A DNA stretch of 63,548 bases, the filler included, from Perkinsus olseni (Eukaryota): NCBI GenBank assembly GCA_013115125.1. It is 3 parts of 3 records of this genome, joined end to end, with 100 filler letters (N's around TTAATTAATTAA, not from the genome) between each part and the next. Parts side by side here need not be neighbours in the genome. Positions count along the whole stretch, not along the records: positions 21,275 to 42,363 come from JABANN010000560.1; positions 42,464 to 63,548 come from JABANN010000561.1; 1 more part is not named here. One strand, 5' to 3'. Shown piece after piece: positions 35,967 to 46,863 of this stretch. Position 1 is the first letter of the stretch, and each line of letters starts with the position of its first letter. The notes under the pieces are model-generated. The model did no database searches. It was not told where the DNA came from and saw nothing but the letters and a program-made list of their open reading frames with translations. The position numbers were made by a program, and so were the translations under genes.

Positions 35967-38900
35967 ATGGCATCTCCTGCGAGTCGCGTTCATGAGGCGG
36001 AGCCCGGTCAAACTCTCACATCTGGCTCCGATGCGGGGACCCTTCCGCCTCTGTGCGACATCTTCATTGTCGAGGAGGGCGCCGCTGACCAAGCCCAGGT
36101 TCTGGACGCCCTCTCAACGACCCCCGACCCTGAGGTCGGAGCTGACATCCTCTTCAGGACCTCAAGTTGAGGTGCATAGAGAAAGCCGTTGTCGGAGGAG
36201 GTCCTCCACGGCGGAGACTCCTCGAGCGACTTGCCCGCCACTTGCTCGTCTCTCCTGTCGAGGCGGTCCCCGAAGCGGTGAGGTTGTACCTTGTAGACCT
36301 TTCCCCTGAAGAGCTGCCCCACTATGTGGGGGAGCATCTCAGCTCAGCGTGCAATCGGGCCGCGGTCGGCCTATTGCCGAGCGACACTTGTGTGGCCAGC
36401 CTGCGTTATTAGTGGCCTCACCATGAGCGGGGCGCGAGCTATAAGCCTGATCGATATGAACAGTAGTTGCGTCACGCTCGTTTTTGCTCATTGAATTTTA
36501 CCACTTACCTACCGTGGTCATGTTGAGTTCCCCCAGTGGGCAGGCAACCGTACACACTTCTCGAAAACTCCGCCACCTGCTTCTCCCTATAGTGGTTTGT
36601 GCTGCTCTCCAGAACGAAAGGCTCGCTCGTTTCCCTGAAGCTCAGACCCTCACCCACGTGTACCGTCGCAAGGACCTTTCCTCGCCTCTGGAGCTAAAGA
36701 GCTCTGAAGCAAGCCCTTTCAGCGAGGGTTGGACCGCTCGCCTTCTCCAGCGGAGACGCGAGGAGGCCAGCCAGAGCGCCGGCGGCCCGGCCAGTCCTCA
36801 GCCGGCGGTTCCTGCTCAGCACCTTCGCGGCTTCAATCACCAATCTGCCTCCTCGCCCCCGCGTAGGTCGGTTTCTCGAGAGCGTGGCGAGTTCGCCTCC
36901 GGGCGCTCAACGGTGCCTTCGGGCCCAGCTCTCCCGTCTCACGGATCCCGGGTTACCCTGAGGCCAAACCCTGACGCCATTTCTAACGGGGACCGCAGAG
37001 CGGCCTCTCGAGACGCTGATAAGGCATCCTCAGCCTTCAAGGGCGGTCCCTTCAAAGGCGTGGATGACGAGCGCGGACTCTCGGGTTATGGCGTCAAGTA
37101 GAGTCGTTGGTGGTCCGGCGTGGCTGGGAACTCGGCGGTCCTGAGCATTACTTCCTTCTCACTAACCTCGTCCCGGAGTACACCCTCGAGGAAGCCGTGG
37201 GACGCAAGAATCCCGTGACTCTCGCTGATTTTTCCACCTCCGTTGCTGAGATCCGCTCCGCTCTAGCGGACGAGTGCGGGGGCCATTTCGAGGTCGAGAA
37301 GCTCTCGGCAGAACCCACCGGCCGCTCAAACCAAGAGTCCCTGACGAGCTTCATCGGGCGACTGGATGAGTGGGCCAGACGCTGTGCCCTGGCAGGGGCT
37401 CCTCTCGGTGATGGCCATGTCATTAAGGCGTTCCGTGAGGGCGTCAACGACGAGAGCTGCAAGGAGGCTTCCTATGAGTACCCTGGCCGGTGGCCGCAAT
37501 TTCGGTCTAAAGCACTCACGCGCGCGGCTCGCGCGGATGCTGACCGGTTGGCCAAGTCTGGTGGTCGGTCCTCTACCCCATCGTCCTCCGGCAGGGGGGC
37601 ACCGCATTCAAGTCGTTCAACGCCGTCGTCTAAGGTAGAACTGTGCCGTAACTCTCTCCGCGGGCGATGTCAGCGAGGAGACACGTGCATCTATCGGCAC
37701 CTTGGGCCCAACGACTGCCGGCAGTGGGGCCCACTGCCGGCCCACTGAGTGGGCTGCCGAGGGTAAGTGCCGTTTCGTCAAAGACTGTAAGTATCGGCAC
37801 GGTAGCGCGGACGAGAAGAACGCGCATGGTGGAGGACCACCATCTCGTCAGCCGACATCATCGAACAGGGACCTGAAGGCCATTTCCGCGTCTGATGCGA
37901 GCGGACACCCGGCGAGGCCGCCGGCGATAGCCATCCCGATTCTCCGGAGGAGGACCTCCAGATACTGTGGGCCGTCCAAGAGACCGCGGACGGAGCGCCT
38001 GCGAAGCAGGCGGGTCCCACGCTCATCCTGTATCCTTCTGGGGGGCAGTCCCCTTTCACGGCTCTTCTGGATTCTGGTGCTGTTCGAAACTACGTCAGTC
38101 ATGAAATGGCTGTCGCAAGGGGTTGGAAGATCAGCGCATGCTCGACCTCTGCCAATCTCGCTAACGGCGCGGTCGTCAAGCTTCGCGGCACCACTGAGGT
38201 TGCGGTGAGCCGTGACGGTCGAAATCATGAGCTGACATTTTTTGTTCTCCCTGGAAGCGGCGCTTCCAGAGGCGTAGACGGGTCCACGTGCATCCTCGGC
38301 GTCCAATCCATGTGCGCACTTAAAATCTCCCTGTGCTTCTATGAGGTCTCGGGTTCACGCCAGCCTGGCGATGACCTGGCGTCGCCAGGCCATCTGCAGT
38401 ACGTGGCGCTTGCAGAGGAGGACCTTCCTATCACCGTTGTTGAAGAACGTGAAAACGTTGTGTTCCGCTGCGACAAAGGCATCGATCAGCTCCCGGCTGT
38501 GGGTGGACCCGCTCAGGAGGGTGCGCGCGTCGGACGCGCGGGGAGGCTGGATGTGCAGTGGCGTCAGGCTAAGGGCCTTAACTTAAGGCTGCTCCGGATT
38601 ACTCCATCCGCTTGAGACCTCTCGCCGGAGGCGAGACAAAGGATTGCCCTACTCAAAGTCATACAGTCGAGGTTCGGTGGTCGTCGTCGCCGCTGGCGCG
38701 GCAAGGGCCTGTACACGACTATTCTCGATCCCTCTTCGCCGCGCTATCCTCCTTCCAACAACAGTCGTACCTTGAGGAGCTCGACCGCTTCCAGGAGCGC
38801 GGTTGGTGGGAGCCTCTGCCCTCGGAGGGCACTGAGGACCACTCTTGCCTTCCTGAGGCGATCGCCTTTCCGGTGGTGCAGGGAGAGAAGGTACGACCCT

Positions 38901-39075
38901 GTGTCGACCTTAGGCGCGGGAACGCTACATCACCGCCGAGCTCATACCCTGAGGACTCCTGTGCCACGGTTCTCGCGCAGGTGCGCGTTGCTATCGCGGG
39001 TATTTCGCGCCGTGCGCGCGGTGAAGGACAAGCTTCGTCTCGTCGGTTGGCCTTTTATACACTTGATGCGGCCAC
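35967..39075 (+). mobile_element. Decayed LTR retrotransposon gag-protease-RT (3'-truncated, with frameshifts and stops)
   Basis: Gag-like QESLTSFIGRLDEWARRC..VIKAFREGV; two CCCH fingers; aspartic protease ALLDSGAVRNYVS..CILG (~38055-38330); RT start ELDRFQERGWW..FPVVQGEKVRPCVDLRRGN..FYTLDAAT. Confidence 0.85.
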
Positions 39076-39099
39076 GGTGCGCCGTACGCCCCGAGGTCA

Positions 39100-40694
39100 C
39101 TTCAAGTAGTCACTGGGAAAACTCGATGAGAATCTTTATCAACTCGGCAGTACTATCAAAACGGAGACAGTAAATGCGAGACACAGACGCAAATGACAGC
39201 TGATCCATCCACTGGTAGAGTTTAAGAGATATGTCAGCAGCAATCAAAGCAGTCTCTACATTCGACGTAATAATACTACTTGAGCATCCAGTATCGACTT
39301 CAACAACGAAATCAGACAACTGAGGCACCCTAAGTGTACTATTCTCAGACACATGATCACTACAGAAGTTCGCAGTAGAATTAACCTGTTTGGAGTCGAT
39401 CTTGCCGTTAGTCGTCGTAGGTAACAGGGTCGAACCAGTAGTAGAAGCAGAAGCAGTAGTAGTATCAATAGCAGCGTCACCCACAGATCTTTTCTTAGAA
39501 CCCATTTCACCACGCACATCCTCATTGAGGATTCCTCAATGGGAGCGTGAGTACAACGACACATTGGGGAACGAGTAGGTTTAATACTCTTCATATAATC
39601 ATACCAAGCAAATATATCAGCTGAAGTCTTCTTCTTATCAGTAAACATCTCTTCGCACTTGTCAGCGAATTCGTCATCAGTAACATATCGTAGAAGGTGA
39701 ACTTCCTCGTTCTCTACACGGTGTAGACTACACCAAAAGCTTGAGCAATCTGCAAACCGATAGAATTCATCGAGGAGTCGGGCGACGGGTTCTCCACCAT
39801 GTTAACCATCGGGAAACTCAAGTCAATGGTTTAGTGGAATCCTGAGATTCTGCCAATAATAACACTGATAAAGTCATCAACTAGCGTCAGGCTAGGCTTA
39901 GGAGCCATAGTTGTGCACTTGCACAACTACACTTGTGGACTGGAATCTTTGGATATCTGGCTCCCCTGTGGAAGAGTTGTAAAGAGTGAACCGGATGTCG
40001 ACAGCAGATTGGAGTCCGGCTGGAGAATTCTCGCTTTTACTAAGCAAGGCGTCAGGGCGAGAACGACCAAGATGGCGAGTAGAGCAGTTGAGGAAGAGTA
40101 CATTGATAGGTTACAAAGTTGTCGCTAACATGGTGGAAGCTATTATAAAATCTCGCCGATCACGAGGGCCTCGAATCAGTTTCAGCTAGTGGCAGAGTCG
40201 AGAATGGTTGTCCCCGGTTTCAGATTTGGCATTGGTGGTCTACGCTGATCGTTGTGTTCTATGCTTGATCATAAGAGAGCTGCTCATAAGGAGAGTCGTT
40301 ATTGTTCTAAGCCGACTAGCAGTTTACTATGTTCATAATGTTCGAGCTTGAGTTCGTCGTTTACTGCCGCTGTGCGCTATTGTGCCGTCCTCGCGTGAAG
40401 ACTATTCCACCTTCACTCCTGGCAGGGAGGAGCTAGCAAGCTTCTCTGTTCACTCGAGCTTGAGTCTGTTACGGGATTCTGCACACATCCATGTGCTTGC
40501 GTGCAGCCTAGGATCCATAGCTAATTGTTGTGGTTGTTGGTCGCCCTGCGTGCGCTGCCCTAACTCTACTCTACAGTCACTCCCTTAAGTCTCCGTAGCT
40601 CAGCTACTTCTACAAGTTCACTAGTTATTGCGTTACCGAGTTCCAGTCGATACGACCACACCCTCTACAGTTACATTCACTCGAACCCGTTACA
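39100..40694 (-). mobile_element. Second LTR retrotransposon relic: putative 5' LTR (39800-40694), PBS, internally deleted gag/protease
   Basis: Minus strand TGTAACGGG...GGTTAACA is followed directly by TGGTGGAGAACCCG; protease motif VEVDTGCSSSII in the 39110-39517 ORF. Confidence 0.7.
39786..39799 (-). promoter_or_regulatory. Primer-binding site complementary to a tRNA-Ala-type 3' end (..CTCCACCA)
   Basis: Plus strand cgggttctccacca abuts tgttaac, the putative LTR terminus. Confidence 0.65.
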
Positions 40695-40824
40695 AGTCAT
40701 TTGCACGATAACTCAGCATAGTGTGGCTCTTTGAGACGGAGCTCAAAGAAAGGTGAAACCGGACTCAGGACGAGTTCGGGAAAACTGATTTAAATTTAGT
40801 TGTTGGATTTATGGTGAATGTATG

Positions 40825-40945
40825 TTCCATAGCATGACGAGGAACGCACGTGTTCACTGGGACGAACGTACGTACCACGAGCAAAGGCGCACAAAGAGCA
40901 AGGTGGGTACGTAGCAGCAATGAAGGTAGTTGTTACTATGGTGCA
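40825..40945. repeat. ~120-bp dispersed repeat, copy 1 (copy 2 at 59219-59339)
   Basis: TTCCATAGCATGACGAGGAACGCACGTGTT...GCAGCAATGAAGGTAGTTGT shared with few mismatches between two contigs. Confidence 0.85.
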
Positions 40946-40980
40946 TCTGTCACTCTCGTTCTGTTCATCTGCCACATAAA

Positions 40981-41490
40981 ATGCCTCGCGTCACATACCT
41001 GCTGCTTTGCCTGCTGATATCCCTCGATAATGGTAACGCCAGTTTCTCTGGCTGGTTCTCTAAGCATGACGAGTATGTCATGCTGCACGATGAAGATCAG
41101 GTAGAGGAACCCCCGCTCGAGACACCGAACCCGGATGAGAAGAAGCAGGATGAGCAGAAGCAGGATAAGCAGAAGCCAGATGTGCAACAGGAGCCACATC
41201 AGGATCATCAGGAACAGCATCGAGAGCAGCATCAAGAACAGCATGGAGACCGGCGTGAGCAAGGGCAGCATCCGGAACAGCTGCCGCAACCCGTTGAGCA
41301 GCTACCTGTTGAGCAGCTACCTGTTGAGCAGCTACCTGTTGAGCAGCAGCCTGTTGAGCAACAACAACAACATCCTCATCAGCTGCATCGTGCTGCCGTC
41401 GTTGAAAATCTGGCTGAGATTGGCGATGACTCGTCAGATTCTGGTTACAGCAGCTTAAAACGTAGAACTTCAGAGGTGACTGCTTTGTGA
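40981..41490 (+). CDS. Putative secreted Gln/Glu/His-rich repeat protein
   Basis: Signal-like MPRVTYLLLCLLISLDNGNA; 15-bp tandem repeat GTTGAGCAGCTACCT encoding (VEQLP)n; 3' end ambiguous. Confidence 0.65.
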   Translation: MPRVTYLLLCLLISLDNGNASFSGWFSKHDEYVMLHDEDQVEEPPLETPNPDEKKQDEQKQDKQKPDVQQEPHQDHQEQHREQHQEQHGDRREQGQHPEQLPQPVEQLPVEQLPVEQLPVEQQPVEQQQQHPHQLHRAAVVENLAEIGDDSSDSGYSSLKRRTSEVTAL

Positions 41491-42363
41491 GGCCTGACAC
41501 CCTGGGAGCTCACCGACGGTCGAGATTATTGTAGAAGATTTTTCGAGCAATCACAGTATTATCGGTGTTCTAGTGATGCTGGATCGTTGTTGATGACATG
41601 CGAGAATCGATGCAAATGGAAGGACTACAGCGGCGATTGGTGGTTAGTAGTCTGCCCATTGAGAATCCTACTCTTGTTTAAATTTGACATGGACAACCGT
41701 ACTGTTCGAAGTGGATGTAACAGTAACAGTTACCGAGTTACTCGGTCCCGGATCTATCATTGCATAATGAAAGCGTCGGTATAGTTCAGCGCTAGAGAGA
41801 CAACATAGTTGGGGCGCGATACTGAGTAATCGTGAGGATAGAAGATCACAACACTACAATCGCGTTCTACTTACGTAGATAATGAATCCTGTAAAGGACA
41901 CTTCGGACGAACAATTTCGTAACGACTTTAGTAGAAATGCTTTCGTGCAGATGGAATCTGATCGATGATCCGTCCCTGTCGTTTGTGTAGACCTTCCGGA
42001 CGGACCATCCAGAGAGAATACTAAATTTGGAGAAGCATCGGCACCTTTTCTCGTAAACGCCGATGAATGCGGCCTCGCTGTTAAAGCTTGATGGCACTAT
42101 CACCAGTCTACCCTTTGCTTCAGCTTCTGATTCGCCATTTTTGGTAAAGATTGGTTAGTCTTCTGTTCTGCGGGATAAACCGGAGATACGATCCACAATC
42201 TTGCCGATCTTTTGAACAATCTCAGACGATCTCAAACCTGTGTGGGGGAAGATTTTGATCGAGAAAGAGAATACTCAATGCTTCTGGTAATCAGATTGAA
42301 ACGTTCCTTAATAACGAGCAATACATGAATTAGTCATCACGTCTTCCTGCTCTAAGGCTTCGA

Positions 42364-42463
42364 NNNNNNNNNNNNNNNNNNNNNNNNNNNNNNNNNNNNN
42401 NNNNNNNTTAATTAATTAANNNNNNNNNNNNNNNNNNNNNNNNNNNNNNNNNNNNNNNNNNNN
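42364..42463. other. Artificial contig spacer (N-TTAATTAATTAA-N)
   Basis: 100 nt of N around a six-frame stop linker at 42408-42419. Confidence 0.97.
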
Positions 42464-42683
42464 GATTTTCACTCTCATTACCAGTACACCTTTCAAAGAT
42501 CATTGATAAACTCTTCTTATTGAGCAAGTTACCTCAAAAATGGTGATTTGCATAACGGTTTGGTTCGCACTGTAGTTGCGTTGCCCAGTGACCGGCACAA
42601 CACAAAATGGCAAGCATTTATCACTTCGCTCCGCTGTGCGACGCTTTTTCATAACGTCGGCGTGTCCGTTAGGTTGGCCGAAT

Positions 42684-44832
42684 ATGGGGTTGTTTGGACG
42701 TGTCAGTAAATCAAGATCACCTTCGAAGAGCGTAGGAGAGTCCACCAATCGGCCTGGAGGTGATGCGGTGTCCGTCGGAGGGGCTGGTGAACGGTGAGCG
42801 GGCCGCCAAGCCCAGCAGTGTACTCGTCATAACGTGGCAGGCGAGGAAGGAGCGATGCTGCTGCTGGTAGTAGAGGAGTGACTACCGTGAACGACTTCGT
42901 AGCACGCAGTAAAATGAACCAGAAGCAAGGGCTTAAGCCTAGCGGGCCGGAGCTGGTGGCTTATGCGAAGTGGGCGGTGCCACCAGCGCCGTCCATCGGA
43001 TGCAGCCTTCGAGTGCAGATACCTCGGAGTTGACCCTATGGCAGATGGGGACCTCTTGTGGATTGCCGAGGAGGCCATCCTGGCGCCGTTGCCGGGTACT
43101 CCTGGCCTTGCAGGGCTTATTGTGTGTGGAATGGAGTGTTCTGCTAGGGGAGTGGACGGAGCACTTCGACTCAAACGACAGGATATTCTATTACAACTCG
43201 GAGACTCGTTCTTCCACTTGGACACACCCTTTAGAGGGCCTCTACAGGGACGCGTAGTACTACTGGGGATTTAGAGTCATCAGCATCATCACTCAGGCAG
43301 CTATCGTTAGATACAAGGCACTCGCGGCCATCAGGGATTCTAATACCCAACCAGACCGAAAGTAGCGTCGCACTCTGGACTTCTGTGGTAGGAGGCCTCC
43401 CTCTCTCTGCTACAGGTTAGACTTAATAAGGACCTGGCAGGAGGAGGTCACCTGCCTAGAACGAGAGGTGGGAGCTCATTCAGGGTTGGGTAGCCCGCTG
43501 GACGCCCAATCGAGGCGATGCCTATCAGAGAGAGCTGCCTCATCAGTCCATCAGTGTGGTGCAGGTCCAGAATGCGCTGCTTGACTGGGGTGAGCATGTT
43601 GACGATGCGGGCAACAAGTTCTACGCCAATAAGGAGACTGGCAAGAGTACCTGGACGGATCCCAGGACAGCTCTATGCCACTCCTACCAGTTGAAGAGCA
43701 AGGTCCTAAAGATGATGTGCGCAAATGCTGGTATTGGGATAAGTACCAGGGATCTGGACCGTATGGTATCCATCCACAAGGTGTTAAGTATCCCCCGGAT
43801 GCTGCCAGTCTACGGGCGAAAGAAGCGCTGCCACCCATGGTTGCATCAGCGTCGGCGGGGCCGTCCTCGAGGTCATCCCGTAGGCAGTTGCGGCCATCGA
43901 GGTCGCCGCGAGAGGACCACCGGCAGGAGGTGGAGGGGGTAGTAGGGGATTGGCTAATAGCCAATGGCTATGGCCCGAGGGAAGAGCATCGGATGTATTC
44001 AGAGGGGAAGGTCAGAGTGGGGGGGCGCGGAGGAGACCCCACCGGCTGGGGCTGTAGAAGCAGCTGGCTCAGCACACCTCACGGGAGAAGCTCTGGTAGT
44101 AACTGGTCGGAATGTTCCGTTTCTGGGCGGATGCCGGGATTGAGCCTGGGCGACTCGGTTGGAAATTAGAGAAGCATTCAGATAGGATTGAATTATTTGG
44201 TAGAGTTACGTATGACTATTGAATAGCTGAGCATAGAGACGCGGCAGTAGAAGGGAAAACAACTTGCCCTGCCGGCCTCTCGCCCTTGAGGCTTTGTGTA
44301 CTTATGAGAAGTAGACGACATCCTGGGAGTTAGGGACATCCTTACGGTCATAGCGGAATTGCGATGACGATCGCTGCCGTCGAATGGATGTCGTTTGAAG
44401 GTGGGGAATGATGGGTCACCGAAATCGAGGGGTGTCGAAGAGACAACTGAACAGACTGTGGTGAAAAAGAAGAAAAAGAAAAAGAAACACAAAAAGGATC
44501 ACCAGCACCGTGCGTCCTCACTAGTGGCGGAAGAGGAGATCACTTCGTCGCCGGATAAAGCCAGTACGTGGTGCTGTCTACCTCTCCACTGGGTACCTGT
44601 GCTCCCAGGTGCAGCGGCCCTAGGACCGCCACCACGCCCTGGATTGGGGCACCTGCCACCTGCTAACACTACTGGGGTGTTGAGGGACGGCCCTCTGGCA
44701 GAAATAGGGGCTCCCAAGTAAGGTGGCTGTTCCCCGGCGACAAGTTATCGGTGCCACGTTCAGGATGAGGACGGCGGGCATCCGTCTAGAGCCTCTGCGA
44801 CTCGAACCCAGGAACTATCAGGGCCAAGCTGA
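42684..44832 (+). CDS. Multi-exon WW-domain protein with CEP164-like N-terminal module
   Basis: RYLGVDPMADGDLLWIAEEAILAPLP|EWTEHFDSNDRIFYYNSETRSSTWTHPLE; second WW DWGEHVDDAGNKFYANKETGKSTWTDP; poly-Lys tract; start MGLFGRVSKS is inferred. Confidence 0.75.
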
Positions 44833-45021
44833 AGAGACGCCATGATTTGTACATGCGTGCTAATTGCGTGTATGGAAAGGTTCCCATGCCAGGCTTGTAC
44901 CACATTTCCTTCAACTCGTCGCTCCTCCGCGTTGGGTCCAGCTCGAGGTCCCTATCCCCGTTCAGAGCTCTTGTTATGTTGTATGTCTTTGAACCGCCTA
45001 CCGCTGCCGTCTCTTAGCCTG

Positions 45022-45329
45022 ATGAAGGCAGCTGTCCCCCGCTGGCTGGTGACGATGATGCTGATAGTGATGCCGGCTGTTGTGGTCGCCGATGAGGGTG
45101 CGGGATGCCTTATAAACTGGAAAATAGCAGAATTCATCGTTCGAGATGAGCAGGGTAAGGCCACCGAGATGTCCACATATCAGCCCTCTTTCTTTTAGGT
45201 AACATCGCCAGAGTTGATAATGATGTAGACGCCTGCCTTGTCCTCTCCGGTGTGACCTTCCTTAATATCTTCGCCTTCTACGCTCTGTTTTGGTTCATGA
45301 TTCGCACCTTGATGCTCTCTACTCAATGA
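45022..45329 (+). CDS. Small two-exon protein (~87 aa) with signal peptide and one TM helix
   Basis: MKAAVPRWLVTMMLIVMPAVVVADEGAGC...; GT-AG intron 45155-45198 gives in-frame GNIARVDNDVDACLVLSGVTFLNIFAFYALFWFMIRTLMLSTQ*. Confidence 0.6.
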
Positions 45330-45456
45330 CTTCTATCTTCATCAACCTTGTTGTCTCTTTCCAATTCGAGTCTGTCCTTATGTACATAAAAGGTGTCCCA
45401 CTCTGAAGTTCTCTCGAGTTCAGTGGCAGGAAAGGCAGAGTCCCTCAGTAGTTGAC

Positions 45457-46794
45457 ATGGTACGAGCTAGTAGTCCTGGGCGAGCCGAGTCCTTGGAGGA
45501 GCTGGCTCAGAGGCGACTAGAGGAAGTCCAGGCCGCAGTAGGGAAGGCAGAGCCCGACAGGTTCTACGTCTACGATACCTTTGACCCTACCACCATCAGA
45601 CGCAGGCCGATCAACAAGTGAGCTTGGACTATGAGAGAACACCGCTTGTGAAGGGTGGTTTACCAGGGCCCCTCCAGCTGCGAGTACTCCTTCCCCGCCG
45701 GATGCCCAGGACGATCCGGTGGCGGCGCACAAACGACAGAAGATAGACAATGAGGCATTCGAGTCTCGATCTAAGGATGAGTTCCTTAAGGTTGGAGAGT
45801 CTGATGGTCTGGGAAGAGGGAGAGAGCAGTTCAAGAGCGATGAGGAGTTTATCAAGTATGGCTGATGTGGATGGGTTGGGCGAGTAGCGTTGTGTTCCAT
45901 TAGGTCGTCTATTCTGTACCTGGTTGGCGTGTGGAAACACAAAAGCGAGGAAACTAAGTGGAAGGGTAATAAGAAGGGTTGGAGCAGGAAGTGTGGTAAC
46001 CACGATACTCTGTTGCTGACCACTATTTATGGTCATCGGGCGCCGACCTCGGGTATTAGGAGGGGTTGGAGTAGCCACTGTGATGACCACTGCATTGAAT
46101 ATAATAATAAAGATATTTCCTAAAATTTTGATAAACTGCAAATTAAGATATCTAACAGTGATGTTACAAGATACTATATTGACGAATATGAACAAAGACG
46201 CCTTAATAGTCGCTCATGTATCGCCTTGCGCCCAGGTACCATAGTTGGCAAGACAAAGACGTATCTGGATACAGTGGATAGGATGCGGCCGTTGGTGGCA
46301 CTACTGGAGCATGTTGAGAAGGCTGCTCCCGGTAGGTTGGATTGATGACCTCTGCATTGAACTGCGGACTCCTGATTGTCAGAGGACCAGCATAGGGTTC
46401 CTCCAGCTGTTGTGGACGTCCTTAAGGGAGTGTTCGAGGAAATCATCAAGAGAGAGTAACGCCAGATAAAGGAGGGTTACCATAGAAGGCGACTCCTTTA
46501 GGTACGTTGAAGCCAACAAGCTCTACCTCGATATGACAGTGGGAAATCAATTATGGCCGATGGGCGGCATCAACCTAGGTGGGCTGCCGTTCATGATGAT
46601 TCTGCGGGTACTAGTACGACCGACGCCTTACTACGATAGGTGTGGTACAGCAAGTGTGCCGACGGGTTGAAGAGAAGTCCCATCTTCTGGATGATGTCGA
46701 GGTTAAAAGATACGTACAGGGTATCAAGAGGCTCATAACAGTAGCGATGACGATGTGGCCCAATCAAGACGAAAGCAAGAACTTTCAGCCTTAG
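45457..46794 (+). CDS. PRP18: Pre-mRNA splicing factor Prp18, multi-exon
   Basis: YVEANKLYLDMTVGNQLWPMGG and SHLLDDVEVKRYVQGIKRLITVAMTMWP match the Prp18 domain (AN..YL....GN..WP.G / H.L.D...R.Y.Q.IKRL.T). Confidence 0.85.
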
Positions 46795-46863
46795 AATCTG
46801 CGGAGTCGTGTTCTTCGCCACTCGCTGGGGTTCCCGACTAGTTTTTGGGATGTCTCAGCAGCG

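Noticed and set aside
41290-41365. Short direct repeats resembling a CRISPR array
   Set aside because: A 15-bp tandem coding repeat without spacers, in a eukaryotic gene, with no cas genes.
41867-42350. Minus-strand partial ORF at the contig end
   Set aside because: Contains an internal stop, is cut by the gap, and has no recognised domain.
21175-42463. Functional linkage of genes across the whole window; TTAATTAATTAA as a biological motif
   Set aside because: Both copies sit inside 100-nt N spacers joining similarly sized contigs. They are artificial, so neighbours across them are unrelated.
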